Below are positions 1 to 10,425 of a stretch of DNA of 64,000 nt, in pieces. How positions within the stretch are numbered: the stretch's first letter is position 1; each line of letters begins with the position of its first letter. Under the pieces are notes generated by a model that searched no databases, had not been told where the DNA came from, and was given only the letters and a program-made list of their open reading frames with translations. Made by a program: the position numbers and the translations under genes. This stretch comes from an uncultured Clostridia bacterium (GTDB taxonomy: Bacteria > Bacillota > Clostridia > Oscillospirales > Acutalibacteraceae): assembly GCA_963930995.1 (NCBI GenBank), contig OZ006971.1, forward strand, positions 481,319-545,318, written 5' to 3'.

Positions 1-564
1 CCGGACGGCGACTTCGTGCGCGGTGAGGTGCCGATGACGAAGGCGGAAGTCCGCGCGGCCGCCGTCGGGAAGCTGCGGCTTTCCCCGGAAAGCGTCGTGT
101 ATGACATCGGGTGCGGCACCGGGTCGGTTGCCGTGGAAGCGGCGCTGCAGGCGAAGGCCGGGCGCGTATTCGCGATCGACAAAAAATGGGAGGCCATTGC
201 GCTGACCGAACAGAACCGCCGGCGCTTTGGCACCTGGAATATCGAGACGGTCTATGGGGAGGCGCCGCAGGTGCTCGAACACCTGCCGGCGCCTGACGCC
301 GTCTTTTTGGGCGGCAGCAGCGGGGCCGTGGAGCCGATTTTAGAGACGGTCGCGCGCAAGAACCCGCATGCGCGGCTGGTCGCCTCGTGCGCGTCGATGG
401 AGACGCTTGCGGCGCTGAGCGCTGCGGCCGTGCGCTTTCCGGATGCGGAAATGGTGCAGGTTTCGGTTGCCCGCACGCACCTGCGCGGCGCGCATCACCT
501 TTTGTGCGCACAGAACCCGGTCTTTTTGTTTTCGTTTACGCTTTCCGGCGAAGAAACCCATTAA
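1..564 (+). CDS. cbiT: Cobalt-precorrin-6B C15-methyltransferase (CbiT domain), 5'-truncated by the window edge
   Basis: Motifs PMTKAEVRA, VYDIGCGTGSV (SAM-binding), PDAVFLGGS and AQNPVF; the frame appears open back to the window start. Confidence 0.9.
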   Translation, partial: PDGDFVRGEVPMTKAEVRAAAVGKLRLSPESVVYDIGCGTGSVAVEAALQAKAGRVFAIDKKWEAIALTEQNRRRFGTWNIETVYGEAPQVLEHLPAPDAVFLGGSSGAVEPILETVARKNPHARLVASCASMETLAALSAAAVRFPDAEMVQVSVARTHLRGAHHLLCAQNPVFLFSFTLSGEETH

Positions 565-620
565 AAAAGGCCGGTGGTGCTGTTCACTGCAATGCAAAGA
601 CACCGCCGGCTTTCTTTCTT
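563..620. terminator. Bidirectional intrinsic terminator between convergent cbiT and GH51
   Basis: A-run, stem gccggtggtg (570-579) / caccgccggc (601-610), then T-rich tail. Confidence 0.65.
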
Positions 621-2140
621 TATCTCTTTTTCTGGAAGCGGATCACATTCCAGCTGGCCTTGTGCAGCGGCAAAAGCCAGCCGTCTTCCGAACGCACCGC
701 GTCGCTGCGGTGTGCGGGGCGCACGGCTTCCTTTGCGGCGCTGTTTTCCGCCTTCAGGTCGCCGTTTTCCAACACAATCCACTCGGCAATTTCGGATTCT
801 GCGAAGCCGCGCAGCCGCAGCGTCAAGGGGATGTCGTGCTGGAGGTCGCGGTTGACGGCAAAAATGGTCAACGTCCCGGCCGCCTCGTCTTTTACCGCCG
901 CGGCCACCACCGCGTCGACGGCGCCGTGGCCGCTTGTCTCCACTTTTGGTGCGGACAGCAGCGGCAGCAGGGCCGTGCCGCGGCCGTACAGGCTTGCGTG
1001 CAAAAACGGGTAAAAGATCGTCTGCCGCCACGCGGGGCCGTTCTCGTCGGCCATAATCGGCGCAATGACATTGACAAGCTGTGCCAAGCACGCGATCTTC
1101 ACGCGGTCGGCATGGCACAGCAGCGTGATGAGCATCTCGCCGACCAAAAGCGCATCCTCAAATGTGTAGTGGTCTTCGAGAAGCGCCGGTGCTGTTTGCC
1201 AGGGACGGTTCTGCATCGTGTCGTTATCCGAGGCCGTATTGTGAAACCACACGTTCCATTCGTCAAAACTCAGGTTTATCTGCTTTGTGCCGCGCTTTTT
1301 TGCCTGCACGAAGTCGCATGTCGCGATGACCGTGCGGATAAATTGGTCCATGTCGTCCGACCGCGCGAGGAAATCCTGCGTATCGCCGCGCTCGTTTCCA
1401 TAGTATTGGTGTAAGGAGACGTAATCGACAAAATCATACGTGTGCTCAAGCGTCGTCGCCTCCCATTGGGGAAAGGTCGGCATCCGGTCGTTCGAACTGC
1501 CGCAGCTGATCAGTTCAATGGTGGGGTCAATCTGCTTCATCGCCTTCGCCGTCTCGGCGGCCAGGCGGCCGTATTCGTCCATCGTCTTGTGGCCGAACTG
1601 CCATTCCCCGTCCATTTCATTGCCGAGGCACCAGACTTTGATGTTGTGCGGCGCTTTGTGGCCGTTTTGCGCGCGCAGGTCGCTTAAATACGTGCCGCCC
1701 GGGAAATTGCAGTATTCCAGAAGATCGCACGCGGCCTCCAACCCCCGCGAGCCGAGATTTACGGTCATCAGGATTTCGCTGCCGGCTTTTTTGGCCCAGT
1801 CGGCGAATTCGTCGAGCCCGATGCGGTTTTCTTCGATGCTGCGCCACGCGAGCTCCAGACGCTTTGGGCGCTGTTCCACGGGGCCGATGCTGTCTTCCCA
1901 GCGGAAGGTGGACACGAAATTCCCGCCCGGATACCGGACAAGCGGCACCCGCAGTTCCCGCACAAGGGCGAGGACGTCCTTTCGAAAGCCCTGTTCATCG
2001 GCACAGGGATGGCCGGGGCAGTAAATGCCGCCGTAAATCGCGCGGCCCAGGTGTTCGAGGAATGACCCGAACAGCCGCGGGTCTACCGGCGCGAGGGAAA
2101 CATCCCGGTCAAGGGTCATGACAGCTGTTTTTTGATGCAT
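620..2140 (-). CDS. abfA: Alpha-L-arabinofuranosidase, GH51
   Basis: GSFLEHLGRAIYGG, RYPGGNF, CLGNEMDG (acid/base) and SFDEWNVW (nucleophile). Confidence 0.95.
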   Translation of the reverse strand: MHQKTAVMTLDRDVSLAPVDPRLFGSFLEHLGRAIYGGIYCPGHPCADEQGFRKDVLALVRELRVPLVRYPGGNFVSTFRWEDSIGPVEQRPKRLELAWRSIEENRIGLDEFADWAKKAGSEILMTVNLGSRGLEAACDLLEYCNFPGGTYLSDLRAQNGHKAPHNIKVWCLGNEMDGEWQFGHKTMDEYGRLAAETAKAMKQIDPTIELISCGSSNDRMPTFPQWEATTLEHTYDFVDYVSLHQYYGNERGDTQDFLARSDDMDQFIRTVIATCDFVQAKKRGTKQINLSFDEWNVWFHNTASDNDTMQNRPWQTAPALLEDHYTFEDALLVGEMLITLLCHADRVKIACLAQLVNVIAPIMADENGPAWRQTIFYPFLHASLYGRGTALLPLLSAPKVETSGHGAVDAVVAAAVKDEAAGTLTIFAVNRDLQHDIPLTLRLRGFAESEIAEWIVLENGDLKAENSAAKEAVRPAHRSDAVRSEDGWLLPLHKASWNVIRFQKKR

Positions 2141-2205
2141 AGCGTTGCTCCTTTCCGCAAAAAAGAGGGAATATCCGGGCCGCTGCCCGGATGCGTTCTG
2201 GCTGT

Positions 2206-2283
2206 AGCGTACCGCAGCCGTAAGCGCTTGTCAAGGCAAAAATGCCGCATCCCCTTGAGAGGAAAAGCGCGCTGTGTTATAAT
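2206..2283. promoter_or_regulatory. Divergent sigma-A promoters for abfA (-) and ychF (+)
   Basis: Plus strand TTGAGA(2255)-17-TATAAT(2278) with extended TG; minus strand TTGACA(2234-2229)-17-TACGCT; gtaagcgctt cre/LacI-like site overlaps the abfA -35. Confidence 0.55.
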
Positions 2284-2390
2284 CAGACTATGATTGGGGC
2301 TTTTCTGTGGGAAAATGCCTCCAAAGGGCTTATAAGACGGCCCGCCTTGCGCGTGCGACCGCGCAAACCATAAAGGAGCTGTAGAGAACT

Positions 2391-3485
2391 ATGAAATTAG
2401 GCATCGTGGGCTTGCCGAACGTCGGCAAGAGCACCCTTTTTAACGCGATTACAAACGCCGGCGCACAGAGCGCCAATTACCCGTTTTGCACGATTGAACC
2501 GAATATCGGCGTCGTCGCCGTGCCGGATAAGCGCCTGGATGCGCTGGCCGAAATGTATCACCCGCGCAAGTATACGCCCGCGACGATCGAGTTTGTCGAT
2601 ATCGCCGGCCTCGTGCGCGGCGCGAGCAAGGGCGAGGGTCTTGGCAACCAGTTTCTGGCGAATATCCGCGAAGTTGACGCCATCGTCCACGTCGTGCGCT
2701 GCTTTGAAAACGACGACATCGTCCATGTCGACGGCTCGATTGACCCCGCGCGCGACATCGACACGATCAACGTCGAATTGATCCTCGCCGACCTCGAAGT
2801 CCTCGAGCGCCGCATCGATAAGACGAAAAAGCAGTTAAAGGCCGACAAGAAGTTCCAGGAGGACCTCGATTTCTTCGAGCGCGTCAAGGAGACGCTCGAA
2901 GCGGGCAAGCCTGCACGCAGTGTGACCTGTACGGAGGACGAAAAGGTGCTGCTCGACAGCGTCAACCTGCTGACGAATAAGCCGATCCTCTACGCCGCGA
3001 ATATGAGCGAGGACGACTTTAAAAACGGCATCGACTCGAACTATTTCCTGAAAGTGGTGCAGGATATCGCCGCCGCGGAACACGCGGCCGTGCTGCCGAT
3101 CTGCGCGGAGCTGGAGGCCGAGATTGCGGGCCTCGACCTCGACGAAAAGAAGCTGTTTCTGGCGGATCTGCACCTCGACGAGTCGGGCCTTGACCGCTTG
3201 ATTCAGAAGTCTTACGCACTTTTGGGGCTGATTAGCTACCTGACCGCCGGCGAGCCGGAAGTCCGCGCGTGGACGATCAAAAAGGGCACGAAGGCGCCCC
3301 AGGCGGCCGGCAAGATCCATTCGGACTTTGAGCGCGGCTTTATCCGCGCGGAGGTCGTCGCGTTTGACGACCTGATGGCCTGCGGCAGCATGAACGCCGC
3401 GAAGGAAAAGGGACTTGTCCGCAGCGAGGGCAAGGACTACGTGATGCAGGACGGCGACGTTGTGCTGTTCCGCTTCAACGTTTAA
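2391..3485 (+). CDS. ychF: Ribosome-binding ATPase YchF
   Basis: GIVGLPNVGKST, NYPFCTIEPN, DIAGLV and C-terminal EGKDYVMQDGD...FRFNV. Confidence 0.98.
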   Translation: MKLGIVGLPNVGKSTLFNAITNAGAQSANYPFCTIEPNIGVVAVPDKRLDALAEMYHPRKYTPATIEFVDIAGLVRGASKGEGLGNQFLANIREVDAIVHVVRCFENDDIVHVDGSIDPARDIDTINVELILADLEVLERRIDKTKKQLKADKKFQEDLDFFERVKETLEAGKPARSVTCTEDEKVLLDSVNLLTNKPILYAANMSEDDFKNGIDSNYFLKVVQDIAAAEHAAVLPICAELEAEIAGLDLDEKKLFLADLHLDESGLDRLIQKSYALLGLISYLTAGEPEVRAWTIKKGTKAPQAAGKIHSDFERGFIRAEVVAFDDLMACGSMNAAKEKGLVRSEGKDYVMQDGDVVLFRFNV

Positions 3486-3589
3486 AGATTCGGGAAAATC
3501 TGCCGGGAACGGGTTTAGATTTTAAAAAAGCGAACATACTAGGATAAAACTGGTATCTCAATTTCTATCCACAAAAGGAGGATTTGACA

Positions 3590-4129
3590 ATGGAATTCAA
3601 GGGCAGCCGCACCGAGGCGAACCTCGCCACCGCATTCGCAGGCGAGAGCCAGGCGCGCACGAAGTACACGTTCTACGCGAGCAAGGCAAAAAAAGAGGGC
3701 TACGAGCAGATTGCGGCTCTCTTTGAGGAGACCGCGAACAACGAAAAAGAGCACGCGAAACTCTGGTTTAAGCTCTTGCACGACAACGAGATTCCCGACA
3801 CGATGACGAACCTTGCCGATGCCGCCGCTGGCGAAAATTATGAATGGACCGAGATGTACAAGGAATTTGCGGATGTCGCCGAGGAAGAGGGCTTTACGTC
3901 CATCGCAGCGACGATGCGCCTGATCGCACAGGTCGAAAAGAGCCACGAGGAGCGCTACCGCAAGCTGCTGCAGAATCTCAAAGAGGACGCCGTATTCAAA
4001 TGCGGCGAAGAGACCGTATGGGTCTGCCGCAACTGTGGGTATATCTATATCGGCAAAGAAGCGCCGAAGGTCTGCCCCGCTTGCAAGCATCCGCAGGCGT
4101 ATTTCGAGCGCCGCGCCGAGAACTACTAA
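3590..4129 (+). CDS. rbr: Rubrerythrin
   Basis: [18 protein letters not shown] di-iron motifs; C-terminal CRNC...CPAC rubredoxin domain; AGGAGG RBS before ATG 3590. Confidence 0.95.
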   Translation: MEFKGSRTEANLATAFAGESQARTKYTFYASKAKKEGYEQIAALFEETANNEKEHAKLWFKLLHDNEIPDTMTNLADAAAGENYEWTEMYKEFADVAEEEGFTSIAATMRLIAQVEKSHEERYRKLLQNLKEDAVFKCGEETVWVCRNCGYIYIGKEAPKVCPACKHPQAYFERRAENY

Positions 4130-4264
4130 AGCACTCGTTTTTGCCGGGTTTTAAGGCCGGCACCCAAAAAGTGAAAGCCGCCAAGGCCGTGCCCCCTGTT
4201 TCGGGGGGCAGCCTTGGCGGCTTTTTTGCCGGTTTCTTTCAGACGGCGCAAACGGGTGTTTCGT

Positions 4265-5224
4265 TTATTCCAACACCATTTTCGCGCAGCCGTAAATGCC
4301 CGCGTCGTTGCCGAGTTCCGCAAGGCGGAAAGAGGCTTCCCGCGCCGCGTGGAACGCATACTTCCGATAGGCGGCCTGGATGCCGGAAAGCAGGATGTCA
4401 CCCGCCTGCGAGACACCGCCGCCGATGACGAAGACCTGCGGGTCGACGACGCAGCTGATGTTGGCGAGCGCTTTTCCGAGCAGGTCGCAGACCTCTTCGA
4501 CGAGCTTCTGCGCGAGTGCGTCCTGCTGTTTCGCCTCGTCAAAAATCTGCTTGGCGCTGGGGGCTTGTGCCGTGGACAGCGGGGAAGCGAGCACTTCCGG
4601 CGCTTCGGGATGTGCGGCCAAATACCGCTTGAGCAGCCGAACGATGCCCGTTGCCGACGCATACTGCTCAAGGCAGCCGTGGTTGCCGCAGCCGCAGGGC
4701 TCGGGCTCGTTGTCGCGCATATGCAGATGGCCGATCTCACCGCCGGCGCCGTTCGAGCCGTGCACGATTTTCCCGTTTAAGATGATCCCGCCGCCTACGC
4801 CGGTGCCAAGCGTGACCATCACCAGGTTAGAAAACCCTTTGCCGCCGCCGCGGAACATTTCGCCGAGGGCGGCAACGTTGGCGTCGTTGCCCACAAAAGC
4901 GGGCAGCTGCAAAAGCGCTTCCATCTTCTGCTTGACATCCGTCGTGCCCCATCCGAGGTTGACGCATTTATGTACGACGCCGTTTTCATCGACCGGCCCG
5001 GGCACGCCAATGCCGACGCCGAGCACAGAAGAGAGGGCGATGCCCTTTTCCTCGAGTTTCTTCTGGATGGAGCCGGCAATGTCAGAAAGAATATGCGCGC
5101 CATTCTCCGCAAGGTCCGTGGGGATGGACCACTTTTCTACCAACGTGCCGTCGTTCGCAAAAAGCCCCATCTTAATGCTGGTGCCGCCGATATCGACGCC
5201 AAAACAAAATTTCTGCATGTCCAT
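4265..5224 (-). CDS. glcK: ROK-family glucokinase
   Basis: GVDIGGT, NDANVAALGE, TLGTGVGGG, GEIGH and CGCGNHGCLE. Confidence 0.9.
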   Translation of the reverse strand: MDMQKFCFGVDIGGTSIKMGLFANDGTLVEKWSIPTDLAENGAHILSDIAGSIQKKLEEKGIALSSVLGVGIGVPGPVDENGVVHKCVNLGWGTTDVKQKMEALLQLPAFVGNDANVAALGEMFRGGGKGFSNLVMVTLGTGVGGGIILNGKIVHGSNGAGGEIGHLHMRDNEPEPCGCGNHGCLEQYASATGIVRLLKRYLAAHPEAPEVLASPLSTAQAPSAKQIFDEAKQQDALAQKLVEEVCDLLGKALANISCVVDPQVFVIGGGVSQAGDILLSGIQAAYRKYAFHAAREASFRLAELGNDAGIYGCAKMVLE

Positions 5225-5340
5225 GATTCATTTTCTCTCCTTTTTCCTTTTGTGAGCTTACCTATTGAAAAAGCAGCCACCGCCTTGCGGCCCTGCGATT
5301 TTCCGTCTCTTTTTTCATTTCATGCGGGTTTTGGGCAGGC

Positions 5341-7710
5341 TTATTTCAGTTCCGCCACCGTCACGCCGCTTTCGCCTTCGCCGTAAACGCCCAGGCGGAA
5401 CGACTTTACCGCCGGATGGTGCTTTAAATGCTCCTGCACAGCCTTGCGCAGCGCGCCGGTCCCCTTGCCGTGGATGATCGTCACCTGCGTCAAATTGCAG
5501 CGCGCGGCGTTGTCCAAAAACAGATCGACGTTCGAAAGGGCTTCTTCAACGGTCTGGCCGCGCAGGTCGAGCGTCGACGGCGCCGCCGCCGAGGAAAACT
5601 GCCGTGTGACGGCGCGTGCCCGCCGGCGCTCCTGGCGCCGCTGCTCCGATTCCGGCACAAGCCGCAGGTTCTTTACATCGGTCTGTGTTTTGATGGCGCC
5701 GGCCTGCACGAGCACGCGGCTGCCGTCCACGTTTAAAACCGTCGCCTGGCGCCCCAGGTCGAACAGCTCCACCACGTCGCCGGGTTTTAAGGCGCGCGGC
5801 AGCGTATAGTCCGTGTGGCGCCGCCGCTGCACCGGGTCAGCGGTATTTTCCAGCTTGCGAAGCCCCGCGTTTAAATGTGCCTTCTGCTGGGCAGAAAGCA
5901 GTTTGTTCTTCTGCTTGCGACGCTCTTCGAGTTCGTTTAAGATCGCGTCTGCCTGGCCGCGCGTGCGCGAAACGAGCAGGCTCGCCTGTTCCCGCGCGCG
6001 GTCGAGCGCCTTTTGCGCATTCGTCTCAATCTCGGCCTTTTTGGCTTCGGCCTCGGCGAGCGCTTTCCGGGCTTCCTCGCGCACGCGCTGTGCTTCGCTG
6101 CGCTCCTCGTCGAGCGCGCGGCGCGCATCCTCGAGCTGGCCTACGACGCGTTCAAACTGCGTGTTTTCCGTATTGACAAGCGACTGCGCGCGAGAGACGA
6201 CCGATTCCGGCATCCCGAGCCGCCGCGAGATCGCAAACGCGTTGCTGCGCCCGGGCACGCCGATGAGCAGCCGGTACGTCGGCTTGAGCGTCGCCACGTC
6301 GAATTCACAGCTGCCGTTTTCTACGCCCGGCGTGTCGAGCGCGTACGCTTTCAATTCCGCGTAGTGCGTCGTTGCCGCGATGCGCGCGCCTTTCTGGCGC
6401 AATTCCTCGAGGATCGCCGTCGCGAGCGCCGCGCCTTCGACGGGGTCCGTTCCCGCGCCGAGCTCGTCGAGCAGCACGAGGCTCTGGCTGTCGGCGTCCC
6501 CTAAAATCGAGATGATGTTCGTCATATGTGCCGAAAACGTCGAGAGGCTCTGTTCAATGCTCTGCTCGTCGCCGATATCTGCGAGCACGCGGTCGAATAC
6601 CGCGATTTCGCTGTTGTCGGAGACGGGAATCAAAAGCCCGCACGCGGTCATCAGCGTCAAAAGGCCGAGCGTTTTGAGCGCGACGGTTTTGCCGCCGGTG
6701 TTCGGGCCCGTAATCACGAGCGTGTCGAAATCCTTGCCCAGCCGGATGTCCGTCGCGACGACACGCTTTGGGTCGATCAGCGGATGGCGCGCACGCTTTA
6801 AGTCGATCACGCCGTCCGCGTTGAGCACGGGCAGCGTCGCCTTCATGCGGTAGCCAAGGCTTGCCTTGGCAAAGAGCAGGTCGAGCTTCACCGCGAGTTT
6901 CCATCCGCGGATAATCCCCGACGCAAACGAGCCGCATTCGGCGGAGAGTTCCTGCAGAATGCGGTTTATCTCGTCGCGCTCCTCATTTTGCAGCACGCGC
7001 ACCTCGTTGTTGGCTTCCACCACGGCCATCGGCTCGATAAAAACGGTTGCGCCGCTGCCGGAGGAATCGTGTACAAGGCCCGGCACCTCGCTGCGGTGCT
7101 CGCTTTTGACCGGCACGACGAAACGGCCGCCGCGCTGTGTGACGATCGGTTCCTGTAAAAATTTCTGGTAATACGCCGAATGCACCATGCTGTCGAGCTT
7201 TTCGCGCACACGCGCTGAGGCCGCGCGGATCTTCCGGCGGATGTTTGCGAGCGTGGGGGAGGCGTTGTCGTTCATCTCCTCCTCACTGTCGATCGCGTTA
7301 AAAATCTGTTCTTCCAAGTATTTGTTCGGCTGGATGCCGTCAAAATAATCATCGAGATGGGTCTTTAACCCCGCACTCTTTTCACGCCATGCGACGATGC
7401 CGCGCAGCGTGCGCAACACCCCGCCGATGCGCAGAAGTTCCGCCATGTTGAGTGCGCCGCCGGCCTCCGCGCGCCGCAGCGGGTTCGAGACGTCCAAAAG
7501 CCCGCCAAATCCCGGTGCGCCGAATTTTGCCAGCAGCGTGTACGCGTCCCACGTCTCATCGAGCAGCGCCTGCACATTCGAAAGGCCCGTCTGCGGCGTC
7601 AGCGCGCGGGCCGCTTCGGCCGCGGCGGGGCTGGCCGCCTCCTGCGCGAGGCGGTCTAAAATTTTATCCAATTCCAAAGCGGACCAATGCCGTTTTAAAT
7701 GTTGTTCCAT
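5341..7710 (-). CDS. mutS2: Endonuclease MutS2
   Basis: ITGPNTGGKT, QSLSTFSAHM, DELGAGTDP and C-terminal Smr domain (LDLRG...IIHGKGTG). Confidence 0.97.
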   Translation of the reverse strand: MEQHLKRHWSALELDKILDRLAQEAASPAAAEAARALTPQTGLSNVQALLDETWDAYTLLAKFGAPGFGGLLDVSNPLRRAEAGGALNMAELLRIGGVLRTLRGIVAWREKSAGLKTHLDDYFDGIQPNKYLEEQIFNAIDSEEEMNDNASPTLANIRRKIRAASARVREKLDSMVHSAYYQKFLQEPIVTQRGGRFVVPVKSEHRSEVPGLVHDSSGSGATVFIEPMAVVEANNEVRVLQNEERDEINRILQELSAECGSFASGIIRGWKLAVKLDLLFAKASLGYRMKATLPVLNADGVIDLKRARHPLIDPKRVVATDIRLGKDFDTLVITGPNTGGKTVALKTLGLLTLMTACGLLIPVSDNSEIAVFDRVLADIGDEQSIEQSLSTFSAHMTNIISILGDADSQSLVLLDELGAGTDPVEGAALATAILEELRQKGARIAATTHYAELKAYALDTPGVENGSCEFDVATLKPTYRLLIGVPGRSNAFAISRRLGMPESVVSRAQSLVNTENTQFERVVGQLEDARRALDEERSEAQRVREEARKALAEAEAKKAEIETNAQKALDRAREQASLLVSRTRGQADAILNELEERRKQKNKLLSAQQKAHLNAGLRKLENTADPVQRRRHTDYTLPRALKPGDVVELFDLGRQATVLNVDGSRVLVQAGAIKTQTDVKNLRLVPESEQRRQERRRARAVTRQFSSAAAPSTLDLRGQTVEEALSNVDLFLDNAARCNLTQVTIIHGKGTGALRKAVQEHLKHHPAVKSFRLGVYGEGESGVTVAELK

Positions 7711-7769
7711 GAAACCTCCCTGGGGATGTCCGGTTTGGGCGGGAAGATGCCCGCCGATGCGTTTCCCTT

Positions 7770-8522
7770 TTAAGTTTCCGTCATTTGATGATAAAAGTCA
7801 AGCGTTTTAAAGGAGCGCTCGAGCTGCGCCTGGACAAACCGCTCGCTCGCACGCGCGAGCTCCTTCTGGCTTTCGGGGTTGAGCGTAAACGCGAACAGCT
7901 TTTCGGGCTGGGCGTATACCGTGTGGCGCAGCGCCATCAGGGCGCCCGCGTGCAGCGCCACGCCGCCGGAGCGGTGCATTTCGGCGCGGCAGCTTTCGCA
8001 CAAAAGCTCGCCGGCTTCCGGATAAAAGAAAAAGACACCGCCGTCGTAGCGGCGGCAGTGTATGCAGCCAATTAAGTCCGGCATGTACCCCGCGAGGCTC
8101 AATCCCCGCATTTCAAACGCGGCTTTGACAACGCTGAGCGGCCGCTGCGGCGCCTTGCACAGTACATGCAGCGCTTTTGCCAGCAGACGCAAAAATTGCC
8201 CCGCACCTTCATTCGGCGGGGCAATGGCGCCTGCCAGTTCGCACAAATACTGTCCCAGAGAAAGCCGCCCCAAGTCTTCACGCAGCGCGAAGAAGATCTC
8301 CATCGGCTGCGCCTCCCGCACGAGAAAACTCCCGTCGCGCCGCTCCAGCAGGTCAAAGCGCGCGAAGGAAAACGGCTGCGTCGCGCTGACCAAACGGCTT
8401 TTCGCCGCGCGCCCGTTGCGGGCAAACGCGCGCACAACGCCCGCTTTTTCCGTCAGGATCGTGACCAGCCGGTCACTCTCCCCCACGGGGGAAACCCGCA
8501 GTACAATGCCCCGCGTCAGCAT
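7770..8522 (-). CDS. recO: DNA repair protein RecO
   Basis: GIVLRVSPVGESDRLVTILT, CxxC...CxxC zinc site; position downstream of era; RBS supports start 8522. Confidence 0.92.
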   Translation of the reverse strand: MLTRGIVLRVSPVGESDRLVTILTEKAGVVRAFARNGRAAKSRLVSATQPFSFARFDLLERRDGSFLVREAQPMEIFFALREDLGRLSLGQYLCELAGAIAPPNEGAGQFLRLLAKALHVLCKAPQRPLSVVKAAFEMRGLSLAGYMPDLIGCIHCRRYDGGVFFFYPEAGELLCESCRAEMHRSGGVALHAGALMALRHTVYAQPEKLFAFTLNPESQKELARASERFVQAQLERSFKTLDFYHQMTET

Positions 8523-8625
8523 CCGTTTGGTTCTCCTCCTTGCCGCTGCGGCACTGCACATAGCGAAGGTAATCTTCTACCCGTCCTGTTTTCACAAAAG
8601 AATCCCAGGCGCTCTGTTCGTCCAT
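8473..8625 (-). CDS. yqzL: YqzL-like small protein
   Basis: AWDSFVKTGRVEDYLRY motif; canonical position between era and recO; AAGGAG RBS. Confidence 0.7.
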   Translation of the reverse strand: MDEQSAWDSFVKTGRVEDYLRYVQCRSGKEENQTDADAGHCTAGFPRGGE

Positions 8626-8767
8626 CGCGGCGCACTCCTTTCCGGGGCCGGTTGCCCCTTCCTTTTTCAGTATGCGCCGCGGGAAAGGCCGCAATTCGTA
8701 GTAAATAATTGAGATATTGACAGATTTCGGCACATTTCATGCGCCGTTTGTGGTAGCCTTACGCCCG

Positions 8768-9682
8768 TTACTTGAGCAGGTCGCGCGTGTCGAAGCCAAA
8801 CGCGCGCAGGGCGTTTTCCTGATTGCGCCAGTTTGGGCGGACCTGGACGTACAGCTGCAGGTTTACTTTCATGCCGTAAAAATGTTCGAGATCCTCGCGC
8901 GCGAGCGTGCCGATCTTTTTGAGCATGCTGCCGCCCCTGCCGATTAAAATTCCCTTGTGGCTTGGCCGCTCACAGAAGATTTCCCCGCGGATGTCGATGC
9001 AGGAACCGTCCTCGCGTTCGCGCAGCAGATCCACCACAACGGCGACACCATGCGGCACTTCCTTTTGCAGCAAGCGCAGAATCTTTTCGCGCACGCATTC
9101 GGCCGCGAGCGTGCGTTCGGGCTGGTCGGTCAGGGTGTCGTCGGGGAACAGATGCCCGCCCGGCTGGCCGAGTTTTTTGAGTTCTTCTTTTAAGGCGTCA
9201 ATGCCGCTGCCCGTTCGGGCGCTGACGGGCACGACGGCCGCAAAGTCATATTTGGCGGCGAGCGCCGTGATTTGGCCGATCAAAGCCGTTTTATATGGCA
9301 AAAGGTCGATCTTATTGATGCACAGCACCGCCGGCAGGTGGTCCTCCTTAAAACGCGCGATCAGGCTTTCGTCGGCCGGCGAAATCGGCGTATTGGCCTC
9401 CGTCACAAGGATGGCCGCGTCTACGCCGGCAACGGATGCCTGCACGCTTTGCACCATGTATTGCCCCAAACGGTCCTTTGGGCGCAGCAAGCCCGGGGTA
9501 TCCAGGAAAACCAGCTGGTCGGGCCCTTCCGTCAAAACGCCCATAATGCGCGTCCGGGTGGTTTGTGGTTTGCTGCTGACGATCGCGACCTTTTGACCGA
9601 GCAGCCGGTTCATCAAAGAGCTTTTTCCAACATTCGGACGGCCTACAATTGCCAAAAAAGCGGTCTTTTGCGCAAGATCCAT
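8768..9682 (-). CDS. era: GTPase Era
   Basis: GRPNVGKSSL, PQTTR, DTPG, NKID and KH domain (KGILIGRGG). Confidence 0.97.
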   Translation of the reverse strand: MDLAQKTAFLAIVGRPNVGKSSLMNRLLGQKVAIVSSKPQTTRTRIMGVLTEGPDQLVFLDTPGLLRPKDRLGQYMVQSVQASVAGVDAAILVTEANTPISPADESLIARFKEDHLPAVLCINKIDLLPYKTALIGQITALAAKYDFAAVVPVSARTGSGIDALKEELKKLGQPGGHLFPDDTLTDQPERTLAAECVREKILRLLQKEVPHGVAVVVDLLREREDGSCIDIRGEIFCERPSHKGILIGRGGSMLKKIGTLAREDLEHFYGMKVNLQLYVQVRPNWRNQENALRAFGFDTRDLLK

Positions 9683-9811
9683 GTTCCACCTCACTTTGTG
9701 GGACCGTGTAAAAATTGTGCAGCGGAGAGGGTTCCACAGTGTTTCCGCTGAACAAGGCCGCAGGGAACGTTGGCATCCTGCCGGCTTTTCATGCAGCTTC
9801 GAATGGGGAGA

Positions 9812-9884
9812 TTAGGGTGTACCGGAGAAACAAAACGCGCCGTTTTGTGGCAGGCGGGCGTTTTTTCTCTCCGGTACACCCTAA
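9812..9884. repeat. 73-bp palindromic element with 17-bp perfect terminal inverted repeats (MITE-like)
   Basis: TTAGGGTGTACCGGAGA (9812-9828) / TCTCCGGTACACCCTAA (9868-9884), with inner aaaacgc/gcgtttt pairing. Confidence 0.7.
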
Positions 9885-9900
9885 AATCGAGGACAGAATT

Positions 9901-10395
9901 TCAGCTGCGGCCGTTTTTGTGCCGCAGACGGGCCAGGCGGTCGCGGATTCCCGGCGGCCCCCACACAACATAGGGCACCGCTGCCGCCGCCGCACACAAA
10001 AGCAGCACGAGCACCACCGGGTGCGCCACAAGCCAGAACCAGCCGTTTACGATGCAGTCGGGCCGCCAAAACAGCGCCACCCCGACGCCCGCCGCGAAAA
10101 TTGCCGTCACCAAAACAGCGCCGGAGGCCAAGTCTTTTACGGCGCGCACGCTTTGGGAAAAGCCTTCGATTAGTGCGTCGCACAAGTCTTCCGCCACGGT
10201 GTTAAACAGCTCGGCCCCCATCACGACCCCGCAGGTCAGAAGCAAAAGCCCAAATTCCCCGCGCGTCAGGTCAAAAAACGGCGACATCACAATCGAGAAA
10301 AAGGCCGCCACCGTGTGGAAACGCATATTCCGTTCGTTGTTGATGCAGTACAGGATCCCCCGCAGGGCGTACTTCAGGCTTTTTAAAAACCGCAC
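9901..10395 (-). CDS. dgkA: Diacylglycerol/undecaprenol kinase family (DgkA)
   Basis: SLKYALRG, ERNMRFH, ELFNT..E, KDLASGAV; located after ybeY. Confidence 0.9.
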   Translation of the reverse strand: MRFLKSLKYALRGILYCINNERNMRFHTVAAFFSIVMSPFFDLTRGEFGLLLLTCGVVMGAELFNTVAEDLCDALIEGFSQSVRAVKDLASGAVLVTAIFAAGVGVALFWRPDCIVNGWFWLVAHPVVLVLLLCAAAAAVPYVVWGPPGIRDRLARLRHKNGRS

Positions 10396-10425
10396 GGCGC
10401 ACTCCTTCTTTGCAGGGCAGCAGGC

